Part shown: positions 39,130 to 49,264 of the stretch, in pieces
How positions within the stretch are numbered: the stretch's first letter is position 1
Layout of the letters: every line of letters begins with the position of its first letter
Assembly (NCBI GenBank): GCA_958009085.1
Contig: OY253682.1
Coordinates: 310,001 to 374,000 of the forward strand
DNA from: Protoeuglena noctilucae
Taxonomy: Eukaryota
DNA length: 64,000 nucleotides
Direction of reading: 5' to 3'
Notes under the pieces: generated by a model
Databases searched by the model: none
Seen by the model: the letters and a program-made list of their open reading frames with translations, nothing else
Told to the model about the DNA's origin: nothing
Made by a program: the position numbers and the translations under genes

Positions 39130-39864
39130 GGCGGCTCGCCACGGAGCAGGGGACCGGAGACCGAAGACCCACCGCCAGCGCACGGGGCTGGGCCACGGCG
39201 CCATGGTTGCACCCATGGTCTGCCGCGGGTCCAGACCCGTCCACTCTCGACGACCTGCCAAGGAGCTACTTGTCCTAGCGCGTAGCCTTTAGCTGCCCCT
39301 AGTGACGGCATTGAAGGCCCAATCCTCACATATCTCTTAGCACCTCTCCGAGCGGAGCGTCGGCAGCAACTGGCCATGTCACCTCACTCGCTGCGTGCCC
39401 GGCCATCGGGCCATCGGCCCACGCTCGCTGGCAGCCCGGCATGCGCGAGCCACGCCCAGCAATCCCTGCACTGCTGCGCCACGGGGAAGCCAAGCAATCG
39501 CTTTTAGCCGCCGCATCTACTGGTCGCGATGTCTTGGGCCCTCGGTGGGCGCCGGAGAGGCGCGGCGAGGGCAAGGGCGACAGCTGCAGCACAGTGCGTG
39601 CCATGACCCGCCGCGCCCCTCCCGCATCCTCCTCGGCATCTCGGCAGCTCGTTCAGGCCCAACACCAGTCGATGGCAGGTCTGCATGACCGCAGCACCGT
39701 CTCCGTCAACGCAGGCGCGGGGCGGTGTGCCGCATGACCTGCAGGTCGGACGCCGCGGGCCCGGCTCGTCAGCCCTCTAGCCGGCACCGACGCGAGCTCC
39801 GTCCGCAGTATCCGATCGAAACCCATCGTTCGCGCCCTCCCTCGCCCTCGAAGAACCGTCGACG

Positions 39865-40367
39865 ATGCGCGCCGCACTCCTGGTCCTGGCGGCCCTGGCC
39901 GCCCTCCTGGCCACCGCCGCGCTCGGTGAGTGGCCAATCGGGGGCGCGCCTGGCACAACATGACCGTCCGAGACGACGGCGGTGTGGCTGCGGGAGCGGA
40001 GGATGCCCTTTCGGTGCTGGAGATTGTTGCGGTTACGGACCATGCGGCGGGCTACTTTCTAGCTCATACAGCGGCAGAATACCACTGCGACGTGCCCTGT
40101 GCTCCTCTCACACCTACCGCGTTTCGTGTTTGGCTTCAAAGCGCGCGTTCGCCGCATCCACCCTCTACTGCTGCCCACGCGGTCGCAGGTGCCGTGCCGC
40201 CGGCAGACGGATCCCCCGAGGTGGACGGCGTCGGAGGCCGCAAGCTCAACTGGTTCCACCGCCCGTGGACGTTGGGCTACGGGTACCCCGTCACCTATAG
40301 CACCTATGGCTACCCGTACGGTGGCGCATTCTACGGCGTCGGCTACGGCGTCGGCTACGTCGTGTGA
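39865..40367 (+). CDS. Secreted Gly/Tyr-rich pre-pro-peptide D (~79 aa)
   Basis: Exons 39865-39925 (identical to exon 1 of A) and 40189-40367: GAVPPADGSPEVDGVGG-RKL-NWFHRPWTLGYGYPVTYSTYGYPYGGAFYGVGYGVGYVV*. Confidence 0.85.
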
Positions 40368-40878
40368 GTAAGCGCCAAGCACCGTCCACCCCCCAGCGCA
40401 TGAGCTCACGTTGGCACAGCTTGCCAGCATCCCAGCAGCAAGCGTGCGATGCGAGTTTGCGATGCGCTGCGCCCCGTGCAGCTGACGGAGTTTCCAGGGA
40501 CGGTCGGGTTGGAGGCGTCCCCAGCCGCTTCGAGAGTCTTGCATGAGCATACGCTGCGTCGTTTGTGCGCCTACGCTTCGCATGTTAGCGCCTGTGCTGC
40601 GCATGTCAACTGCTAGCATGCCACTGCCCTGCTGCGTTGAATTGCCGTTGTTGCCACGCACCCGGGCAGAAAACGAGGCGCAAGGCGCATCATAGCGATC
40701 TGCCGGCGTCGAGATCGCGGCTCTTCGCCGGGGGAAGGCGCGCTGCTGGTGAGATGGGAGTCTGACGCTGATGTCAGCGCATGTCTGGCGGAGAGGCGCG
40801 CTTAGGAGGTCCGGGGACATCCGTTCCAAGGACAACCCGCTTCCTACCCCCACGCGTCCGCCCCTCCGGCCATCCAAG

Positions 40879-42577
40879 ATGTCGCGCCGCCTCTCCCTGG
40901 TGGCCCTCGTGGCCGCCGCGGTCCTCCTGTCCACGTTCGCCCATGGTGAGCATCTTGTGTCGCTTGTTTACATGAGTCAAATGGGGCCAGCGAGCGGCCG
41001 TCCCCCGCCGGCGGCTCTCGACGCGGGGACCGGCACCTTTGAGCCAGCCTGCCCCTGCCCCGATTGCCGCGGAGAGGCGCCCGGGGCGTCTGGGACGACC
41101 GCATATCCCCAAATCGATGCTGGTTTTAAGCATGGCTGTGGTCCTTGACGCGATTGGTGCATGCGTCGCGCCGCCGGGGTCCGCGTCCCCGGGCCTGGGC
41201 CCGTCGATCTCGCGCATCCGCCCCGAGGAGACCCCGCTCGCTATCCACATCCGCTAGGCCCTCGAATTACTGCCCATCGGTGTTGCGTGACCTGCCCCTC
41301 TCGCTTCTCCGGGGCCGAAAATTCGGCCGCCCTGCCCTGCCCCCAGCCGCGCCCGCCTGGGCGGTGACGGGCAGCCTCCTGGCCACGCGCCGTCTCGCTC
41401 AGCCTCGTACCAACGCCGTCAACCAGGTGGGGCCCCGCCGTTGGCCGGGGGGATCGCTGCGCGGCGCCCACGCAGCCGCGACATGCCAGCACGCTGGCCC
41501 ACGCAGGCCACGGGCAACCGGGGCGGCGGTGGCACGGGACAGATCAAGTGAGATGCGCCATTGCCATCGGCATGTGCCACCCACCCGCCGCGAGCTTGCT
41601 ACGCCAACAGTGGGACCTCATTTCGTGCCGCAGCGCCAACAACGGCGGGACCGGCAACAACCTCATCAACCAGGCGAGTGCGGGCCTGTACCCGACCATA
41701 GCCATGCGCATGGGTCGAGATAGGTGCTGGACCCCTCGACATCCAGCCGCTGGTCGCCGCAGGCGGTGGGCAACCGGGGTGGCGGCACGGGCCAGATCAA
41801 CGCTAACGCCGGCGGCGGCACCGGCAACAACCTCATCAACCAGGTGCGGTGGAGTTTGGACTGTTTCCCAGACGGCCCTGCCTGCGCCAAGCCGTGCAGT
41901 GACGACGCCACTGCATCGCGCGGTCGCAGGCCGTGGGCAACCGGGGCGGTGGCCTGGGCCAGATCAACGCCAACACGGGCGGCGGCGCCGGCGGCAACAA
42001 CCTCATTAACCAGGTGCGCGGCGGATGTTGAGATAGCTATGTGCCACGCTAGCCCTGGTCGGTGACTGGTCGGTGAGGATTTTGCTGCAATGCGGGCCCT
42101 CAGGCCGTGGGCAACCGGGGTGGCGGCACGGGCCAGATCAACGCTAACGCCGGCGGCGGTACCGGCAACAACCTCATCAACCAGGTGCGCAGCGGATGCT
42201 CACTTAGCCATGCCACGCTGGCACTGGTCGGTGAGGACGTAACCACGATGCGGGCCCTCAGGCCGTGGGTGGTAACCGGGGCGGCGGCCTGGGCCAGATC
42301 AACGCCAACACTGGCGGTGCCCGCGGCAACAACCTCGTCAACCAGGTGCGGGGCGGGTGCAGGTGGTGGCAGTCGGTGATGGCGCAATCTGAACGGTCTC
42401 TTCCACCCTTCACGCTTCTCACAGGCTGTCGGCGGCAACCGCGGCGGCACGGGCCAGATCAAGTGAGAGGGAGCACGGGCCAGGGGTTGTCTAACGGATC
42501 CCTCAGCTGCGCAGAGCGTGTGACCACCGCGCTTTCATTGTCACCCTCACAGCGCCAACGCCGGCCGCCGCGGCTAA
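40879..42577 (+). CDS. Secreted Gly/Asn-rich tandem-repeat pre-pro-protein E (mostly one repeat per exon)
   Basis: Exons 40879-40945, 41347-41426, 41507-41547, 41634-41673, 41763-41843, 41930-42013, 42104-42184, 42262-42345, 42425-42462, 42553-42577: MSRRLSLVALVAAAVLLSTFAH|AAPAWAVTGSLLAT-RRL-AQPRTNAVNQ|, then about 5.5 copies of AVGNRGGG(T/L)GQINAN(A/T)GGGxGNNLINQ, ending ANAGRRG*. Confidence 0.85.
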
Positions 42578-43508
42578 GCTCCCACGCACGGTCGCCAGGT
42601 CTTCCAGGGACGGCGCGTCATCTACTGAGGCTGCTTTGGCGCATGCGTTGGCTGAATTGTCGCAAAGGGCAGCTGGCCGCTTGAATATGCGATGCAAAGC
42701 AGACGGCACCGACACTCAGGCACGCAGAGCTGTGACAGCGCGTCGGGAGACACCCTGCTCTGGCAGCACGCGATAGCAGCATGCCTGCACGCTCGCCGGC
42801 TGTCTCGGAGGGCGCTGCTGAGGGTGTGAAGCTGGCCGCGTGGCCCTCGGTGCGTCGACGCTGGCTCATGCTGCGATGGCGCCCTCGCCCGTCTGGGCTT
42901 AGCTGGTATGCCTGCATGTCGCCTGAGATTGCCGGCCGCACGGAGAGACGAAGAGCTGGTTTTCAGTCCGCTGGTGCGGGGCACACATGGCCACAGCACA
43001 GCGTCAGGTCAACTGGCAGCTTTGAGCGGTGTCAGGCTGGCAAGCTGGATGTGATCATGGCTGAATCTGGGCTTGATAAGCCAGGGCCGGCTTGAAGGGT
43101 CGCTGGGGAGCTAGCAGGTGCATGCCACGCACCGTGCGACCCAGGCGCGTGCTGGCGGGCCACGTCAAACCCTGGGCTCTCCAAAGCACCAGGCGCCGGT
43201 CGGCGCATCTGGTAAACATGCAGCCTAGGGCTCGCATCGACGAAGGCTCGGCAGGGTGTCGAGGGACTCCTTGCTGCAGCGAGCGATGGTCACGCGGTGG
43301 CCAGCAGGGTCGCGCAGTGTGCCGTTGTCGCGACAGAGGGGACAGGCGGGCTTGTAGAGGTTCTGAGAGACTGGCATGCCTGAAACATGTCGTTTACCGT
43401 GCCGTCCGTGGCTCCGCATGCTGTGCATGACTTCAAACGCAGGTGCCAGCGCAAGTGCTCGCATGCCAAGCAGCTTCTCCATACTGCAAGCCTCGCGTCA
43501 AGGCCTCT

Positions 43509-44352
43509 TCAGAGGGCACTGCGAGCGAAGAAGGACGGATGGGGAAGGTGTGGCCAAGTGCCATCGCTGCCGAGCAAGCGCAGGGGTCGTCGCGAACAGG
43601 CGCATGCGAAAAAGGCTCACTTGACCTGGGCGACGCCACCGCCAAAGCCGCCGTAGCCGCCATACGGGAAGCCGTAGCCGTAGCCGTAGCCGCCGTAAGG
43701 GAAACCGTACCCGCCGAAGCCGCCGTAGCCGCCAACGGCCTGCGCCGACGCCCCAGCACTTGTGAAAAGCCGCGGTTGAGGAACGACTCTGTTCCAAACC
43801 TGCGCCTAGCTCGCCTGGTTGATGAGGTTGTTGCCGCCGCCGAACCAGTAGTTCAGCCTGCGGCCGTGCATGCCGTCGCCCTGGACACCGTCGTCCGCCA
43901 TGACGGGCATGGCTGCGGGAGGGGTCAGCAGGCTGGGCGCTCATTCGTCAGCTATGCGGGCCGACGAGTTCCTGGGTACCGGCAGACGGGGCTCGCAGCC
44001 GGCAGCGAGCCCTGCAGATGGCCCAGAGAGCCTAGGCCCTGCAGCCGTGTCTAGCGCTTCTAGATCACCTCCAGCAACAAAACCTCGCGCAAATGATTTT
44101 TTATAGCAATTTATATGGGTGGGGGGAGCAGAGTCGAAGACGTGCCGCAACGAAGGAGTGCGGGGCAGCAGGCCCCAACCGTCCTTTCCGCCCCGCGCGT
44201 CCAGCGACGAGGGCAGAGGCACGCCCGATGCAGCCATCGCATTTGAAACAACAATACTAGACGCGTGCGAGATGCTCACCGTGCGCGATCGCCCCCATCA
44301 GGGCGAGGGCGAGGACCGCCGCGAGGGCGACGCGGGAGAGGGCGAACGTCAT
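43509..44352 (-). CDS. Secreted Gly/Tyr/Phe-rich pre-pro-peptide F
   Basis: Exons 44352-44280, 43912-43815 (GC donor), 43739-43621, 43518-43509: MTFALSRVALAAVLALALMGAIAH|AMPVMADDGVQGDGMHG-RRL-NYWFGGGNNLINQ|AVGGYGGFGGYGFPYGGYGYGYGFPYGGYGGFGGGVAQV|NAL*. Confidence 0.8.
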
Positions 44353-44766
44353 CTTGGCAGACTGCGGCTAGCTACGTGAGAGTTCCTGGATGGAAATTGA
44401 CCAGGATCGAGGAGCGCGCCCGCGGAAGTAGGGCACGCGGCCCCCCCTCTGAAAGTTGCATCACCTGTCTGGCGCAGCCACGTCGTCGCGCTCTGCGGTT
44501 GGACGTGGCCACCATGCCACCGCTGAGGTCGCGGGCTGGGGCGCCGGGGACCCGCGCTGGAGGGAGGTGGGCACCCAGAGGGCGCCAATGGGTGCTGCCA
44601 CGCGGTGCGATGAGCAGAGCTGGTGGCCGTGTCACTGGAGTGTCACTAGATGGCTGGCGGAGGCCGTTCGACAAAAGCTTTCAAGCGGCTGTGCTTTGGC
44701 CAAGGCAGCGCGCTGGCGGCATGCAGGGTCGGCCCGAACGCTCCAGGCAGACCTAGAGGGCTTGCT

Positions 44767-45670
44767 TCAGTAGAAACCCCGGCGACCGGCGAGAGCGTTG
44801 ATCTGCGCGGGTCAAGAGCAGCGCTGTCTGCCTGCCGTGTGGCGGCCTGGCAGCCCTGGAGCCGCCACGCCCTGGAGCCGCCACGCCCGCGAGCGCATCC
44901 GCCGTCACCTGGCCCACGCCACCGCCGTAGCCACCACCCACGGCCTGGTTGATGAGGTTGTTGCCGCCGAAGCCACCGCCGGAGAGAGCGTTGATCTGCA
45001 GGGGAAAGCGGCCAGGTTGCCGTGCGTCAGCCATTGCCAATCAGTCTGCGCTACGGCCCCGCCCCATAGTGGCCAAGCCCACCTGGCCCAGACCGCCACC
45101 GTAGCCACCGTAGCCACCGTAGCCACCGTAGCCGCCGAAGCCGCCGCCGACGGCCTGCAGGCGGGGGGGGGGGGGGGGGGGGAGCAGCAGGCTGCGCGAG
45201 GCCCACATGTCGTGCTGCGGGTCCCGGCAAGCCGCGCAGCGGCTGAAGCCTCACCTGGTTGATGAGGTTATTGCCTCCAAAGCCATACGCCGTCAGCTGC
45301 CTCCCCGCAAGGCCATCCGGCTCCGCTGCGGGCGGAATGGGTTCCATGGTCAGCAGAGGCAGGTGGTCCCTGTGCGGCGCCGTCGTTCCATCAGGACCCT
45401 CGCCCGTCCTGTATCGTCTTAATTCGCTGAAAATGAGCGCGACAAGATGAGACAAGGTCAGCGGGGTGTTCTGGGATGGCCGCACGACACAAAAGCCGAC
45501 CCGGGAGATCTCGGGCGCGATGCAGGGCGCGCAGGACCTATCCGAGGTCGAACTCGCCATGATGGATGTCGAAGACCAAGCTAGATCGCAGCGCGCACCT
45601 TGGACGAGGCTTCCGAGGGCGATGAGGGCCGCGAGCGCCCACAGCTGCAGGAGGAAGGAAGCCGTGGCTG
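44767..45670 (-). CDS. Secreted GQIN/NNLINQ-repeat pre-pro-peptide G (start codon not located)
   Basis: Exons ~45670-45599, 45325-45255, 45154-45083, 44995-44909, 44802-44767: ..FLLQLWALAALIALGSLVQ|AEPDGLAG-RQL-TAYGFGGNNLINQ|AVGGGFGGYGGYGGYGGYGGGLGQ|INALSGGGFGGNNLINQAVGGGYGGGVGQ|INALAGRRGFY*. No in-frame ATG in the signal exon, so an upstream micro-exon is needed. Confidence 0.7.
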
Positions 45671-45961
45671 CTGGGAGGGAGGAGGCGACGATTCCGGGAC
45701 TCGGATCACCAAATTGCGTTCTAGACTCGTCGATCCACGCTGCTTTCAGGTTGCAACGAAGGGCGAGACCGCCACCTCAGGCGCCAGACATGCAGCGACA
45801 GCACCGTCTGACCGTGTCAGGGCCCCCAGAGTCGATAGAAAACCCATAGAAGCATTGAACAGCAGCGGAGGTGAAGCGCGCTAGGCGCACCAAGACGGTC
45901 CTGGAAGCCGCTGGCCGCACGCGAGTCGGCGGGCGCTGCATGCCGAGCGGGGCCTGCAAGC

Positions 45962-48793
45962 TTACATCAGGCGGATCTCCGCCATCGCCTCCTTGCGCCG
46001 GTGGGAATACCAGGCCACCAGCCGCCCCGCGCCCGCCGTTCCGGGCAGGCAGACGTCGACGCCGATGACCGCGTCCGCCAGCACCGGCTCCACAGAGCCC
46101 CGGGACGCCCCAAAGCCCGAGATGCTGGAAACGGTGCGCAGGAGTCGCGATCCGGGAGTCGAGTGCACGCCGCGAGGCCGCGAGACGGCCGTGTCGGCCT
46201 CGGCCTGCGCCTGGAGGAGGGGCGAGGGGGTGGGTGCGCCCAGCAACTGGCACCGCTGCGCTCGGCCCCGTGAACGCCCCCCGGCCTCACCTGCCCCCCC
46301 TGCTGCTCCTCCATGACCCAGCGCAGGTTGCCGCGGAGTCGCACGGGGCCCCAGAGCTGTTGGCACACGTCCAGCGTCACTGCGCTGGCGAGCCGCCCTC
46401 CGCACATGTCCACATCCGGGCTCAGCGCCGACCTGGCGCCGCTGCGGCCACCACGAGAGTCGCACGTTGCCGTCGACGGACTCTGCCACAGCTGTGGAAG
46501 CTCCACAGCAATCCATTCGCAGTGCCTTAGCCAGTCCCATGGGCCCACGCAGGCGGCTGCATGCACCCACCCAGGGTTGAGGACGGGCGCCGGGAGGCCG
46601 ACGTCCGCGCGCACGGACAGGGACGTGAAGTCCAGGAAAGGCCGCGAGAAGCCCCCGAGCTGCGCCGAGACCATCCCAGACGCAAACACGCGCGCCGACG
46701 ACGCCGACACCTTCTCCCTGCAAAGGGGTTGCAAGATCGTCGCTCATTTGTGTGGTTTGAAGTCTCACTTCCAGTCGATCGCCCAGCCAACCCGGAAGCG
46801 AAGTCTGAACGAGGCGCTTGCCCCGTCCCGCTCAGCGCAGGTCACCCTGCCGTATCGTCACCCGCCCGCGTGAGCATCCCAGTGACACTCGCCTGACTCC
46901 GTTGCTGGCCGATCGCACGAGCTGCAGGGCCCTGGTCATGACCGCCGTGGCTGCGGACCCTTGGGCCTTGCCCTCCGCCTCCTCGGTCAGCGTCGGGAAG
47001 GCGCGGTGGCGTGGCGCGCCGGACAAAGGCGTCCCGACCGACAGGCCGCACGCGCCGCCGACGGACAGGTGCGGCCGGGGCACGAACACCGACATCGGGA
47101 AGGGCGCCTTGTGGGGCTTGAGCTCCTGCTCCAGGTGCAGCTCGCCCGGGTCGCTGGAATCTGCAAGAAACATGAGGAAAGCACGATTGCCGCGAGGTGT
47201 CTGGCAGAGACGCATGGCTGCCCTGAAGAGGGCGGGATTCAGCAAACGTACGTGATTCACATCATTGGCCACATAAGCAAGTGCTTTCATCACGCAGAAA
47301 CACCTCGCTTCATGCCCAAGAGGTCGACTCACCGTTCCCCTCCAGTATGGGCATCTCGCCCTCTCCCAGGGGCACCGACGTCCGCTTCACTCGCCCCGGC
47401 GACGCCCGCGCTCCCCCGCTGCCCCCGGAGCCGCCCTGTCCGCCCAGCAGTGTCACGGACCCCTCCGCCATCACCGCGCCCTGCAGCGCCGCCCGCGCCG
47501 CCCCGCGCTCCCCCAGCGCGAGCCCTCGCCGGCGCTCCACCACGCGCGCCGGCGCGATCTCCCCGTCGGACTGCGATCCCCGCGAGGGGCTGTCGTCCGA
47601 TCGAGGCGCAGCGGGGCCGCGCGACGGGGACGCCTTGCTCGGCGGGGTCAAGCGGATGGCCCCGAGGCGATACGTGATGCCGGCCCGGCCCGACTTGACG
47701 GGCCGCAGGTCCAGGGACACTTGCGAGGTCGGGGTCGTGACGGCGCCCGAGCCGTGGGACCGCATGCGCTCATTGAAAGACGCCGACAGCTCCCACCGGT
47801 GCCCCAGCACCGCGGGTGCCTGCGTGCAGGTGCACCACCCTGTTGGAAGCCCACGCGAGAGCCGGTAGGGCTTTGCGCTAAGCGATGTGTGGACGCGTGT
47901 TGAGGCTGAGCACGGCAAGGAGTGACGTTCGGCGCTCGGACTGGCACCTCTGTTCACGCGCCATGTCAACCGATGCAAGTGTTAAACGCCATCCATTCAT
48001 AACAATCGTCACGTCGCGACGCATGGCACGTCCCGTGCGCTCACCTTGAGCGTCAGGCGCCCCGCCGCCCGCCTGGGCCGCGACGCCTCAGGCATGGCAT
48101 CTCCACGGACGAACGCGGCTGCGGCGCGCATCACGCGCGGCAAGTCATCCGCTCGGCCCAGGTGTAGCTTCCCCAGCGCCTTGGCGCCCCACGGCAGCCG
48201 GGCCACGCCCTTGGCTGCCAACGCGTAATTCTCCACATCCCCCAGCACCTGCATGTGGCGCAGACCTTGCCGGAGCTGGCCCCAGGCGCGCTGGGCCCTG
48301 CGAAGAGCGAGGCGGTGCGGAGAGGTGAAGCGGCCGGGCTGCAGAGCGGCCGGGGGCGGGGGACAGAGCGCTGGCAGCCCTTGCCGGAGGCGCCCGACGA
48401 CGTTGCACCATGCAGCCTGGTTGCCGATGCTCGCGAGGGCGCGGTCGAGGACGAGTCCGCCGTCTTCTAGCGCAAAGGACGGGACGCACGGCAGGTCGCC
48501 GTAGCTCTGCGCCAGGAGAACCTGCTGTTCGCGGGAGAGCCCCGAGGGTCGCGTCAGCTGCGTCGGCGCGGGGTCGCCGGGGGGCAGCTGCACGACGCCC
48601 GTGAGGTCCGAGGGCGAAGATACTTGCTGCGAGGATTGAGACGATGCATCGGCTCAGAGTCGCGCGGGGAAGGCACGTGGACTGGCAGGGGGCGCGGTCG
48701 GCAGCTTGCCTGGCCCCAGAACTGCGCATCGATGCAAGATCGGACGCCTGTCACAGCCTCTCGGTGCTCGGGAACGATTGGCGACGATGGCAT
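45962..48793 (-). CDS. TGD4: TGD4-like (DUF3769) chloroplast outer-envelope lipid-transfer protein
   Basis: N-terminal VRSCIDAQFWGQ|QVSSPSDLTGVVQLPPGDPAPTQLTRPSGLSREQQV...PCVPSF and C-terminal CQQLWGPVRLR...RLVAWYSHRRKEAMAEIRLM* match the TGD4/DUF3769 pattern as I recall it. Confidence 0.75.
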
Positions 48794-49264
48794 GGACGCG
48801 AGCGCCCGCGTCGACGCCGACGGGCACTCGAGTGTCCTCCCGGCCAGAGCAGTGGGAGAAACACAGGCTCAGAGCCAGCGATGATGCGATGGGAGTGGCA
48901 GCATCAGACTGACGTTCTATGCGAGGGTATCGCTCGTCGCTAGTTTCCTCCTCTTGGCCCAAACGCAACGCGACACGGGGATGGGCTTAGTATGCGCAAA
49001 CGGAGGCCGATGCCGCGTCCTGGCTAGCCCTGTCAGCAATCATCGCCGGTGCATGCTTTCGGAACGCAATTCCGGTGGCTGATGAGGCCGCTCTGTTGCC
49101 CTTCTGACGCTTGCGCTGGCGTGCTCGATGCCTCGTGCAACTATCCACGGCCCGGAGACGTCCGCGACGCAGCTACTTGAAACACCGCGCTGTAGCTGTC
49201 GTGATTGGCACGCGGGAGAGGTCAGAAGGCCGGGGTTGCCGCTGTCACGGCCCTGGGGTGCCCC

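Larger units (their letters stand above)
37011..39994. repeat. Large inverted repeat, right arm (2984 bp)
   Basis: Reverse complement of 31456-34439. The unique spacer 34440-37010 is 2571 bp. Confidence 0.95.

Noticed and set aside
31456..39994. Inverted repeats as the terminal repeats of a transposon or foldback element
   Set aside because: The arms consist of host genes, there is no transposase or integrase ORF, and no target-site duplication is visible at the ends.
41634..42345. Regularly spaced near-identical repeats (ggcaacaacctcatcaaccagg) with unique spacers, superficially a CRISPR array
   Set aside because: The repeats are coding exons with synonymous variation, and the spacers are GT/GC-AG introns. 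There are no cas genes and the context is eukaryotic.
17750..45182. Long poly-C/poly-G runs (~17750, ~23186, ~45164)
   Set aside because: They lie in intron 3' tracts, their lengths are error-prone, and nothing points to a separate function.
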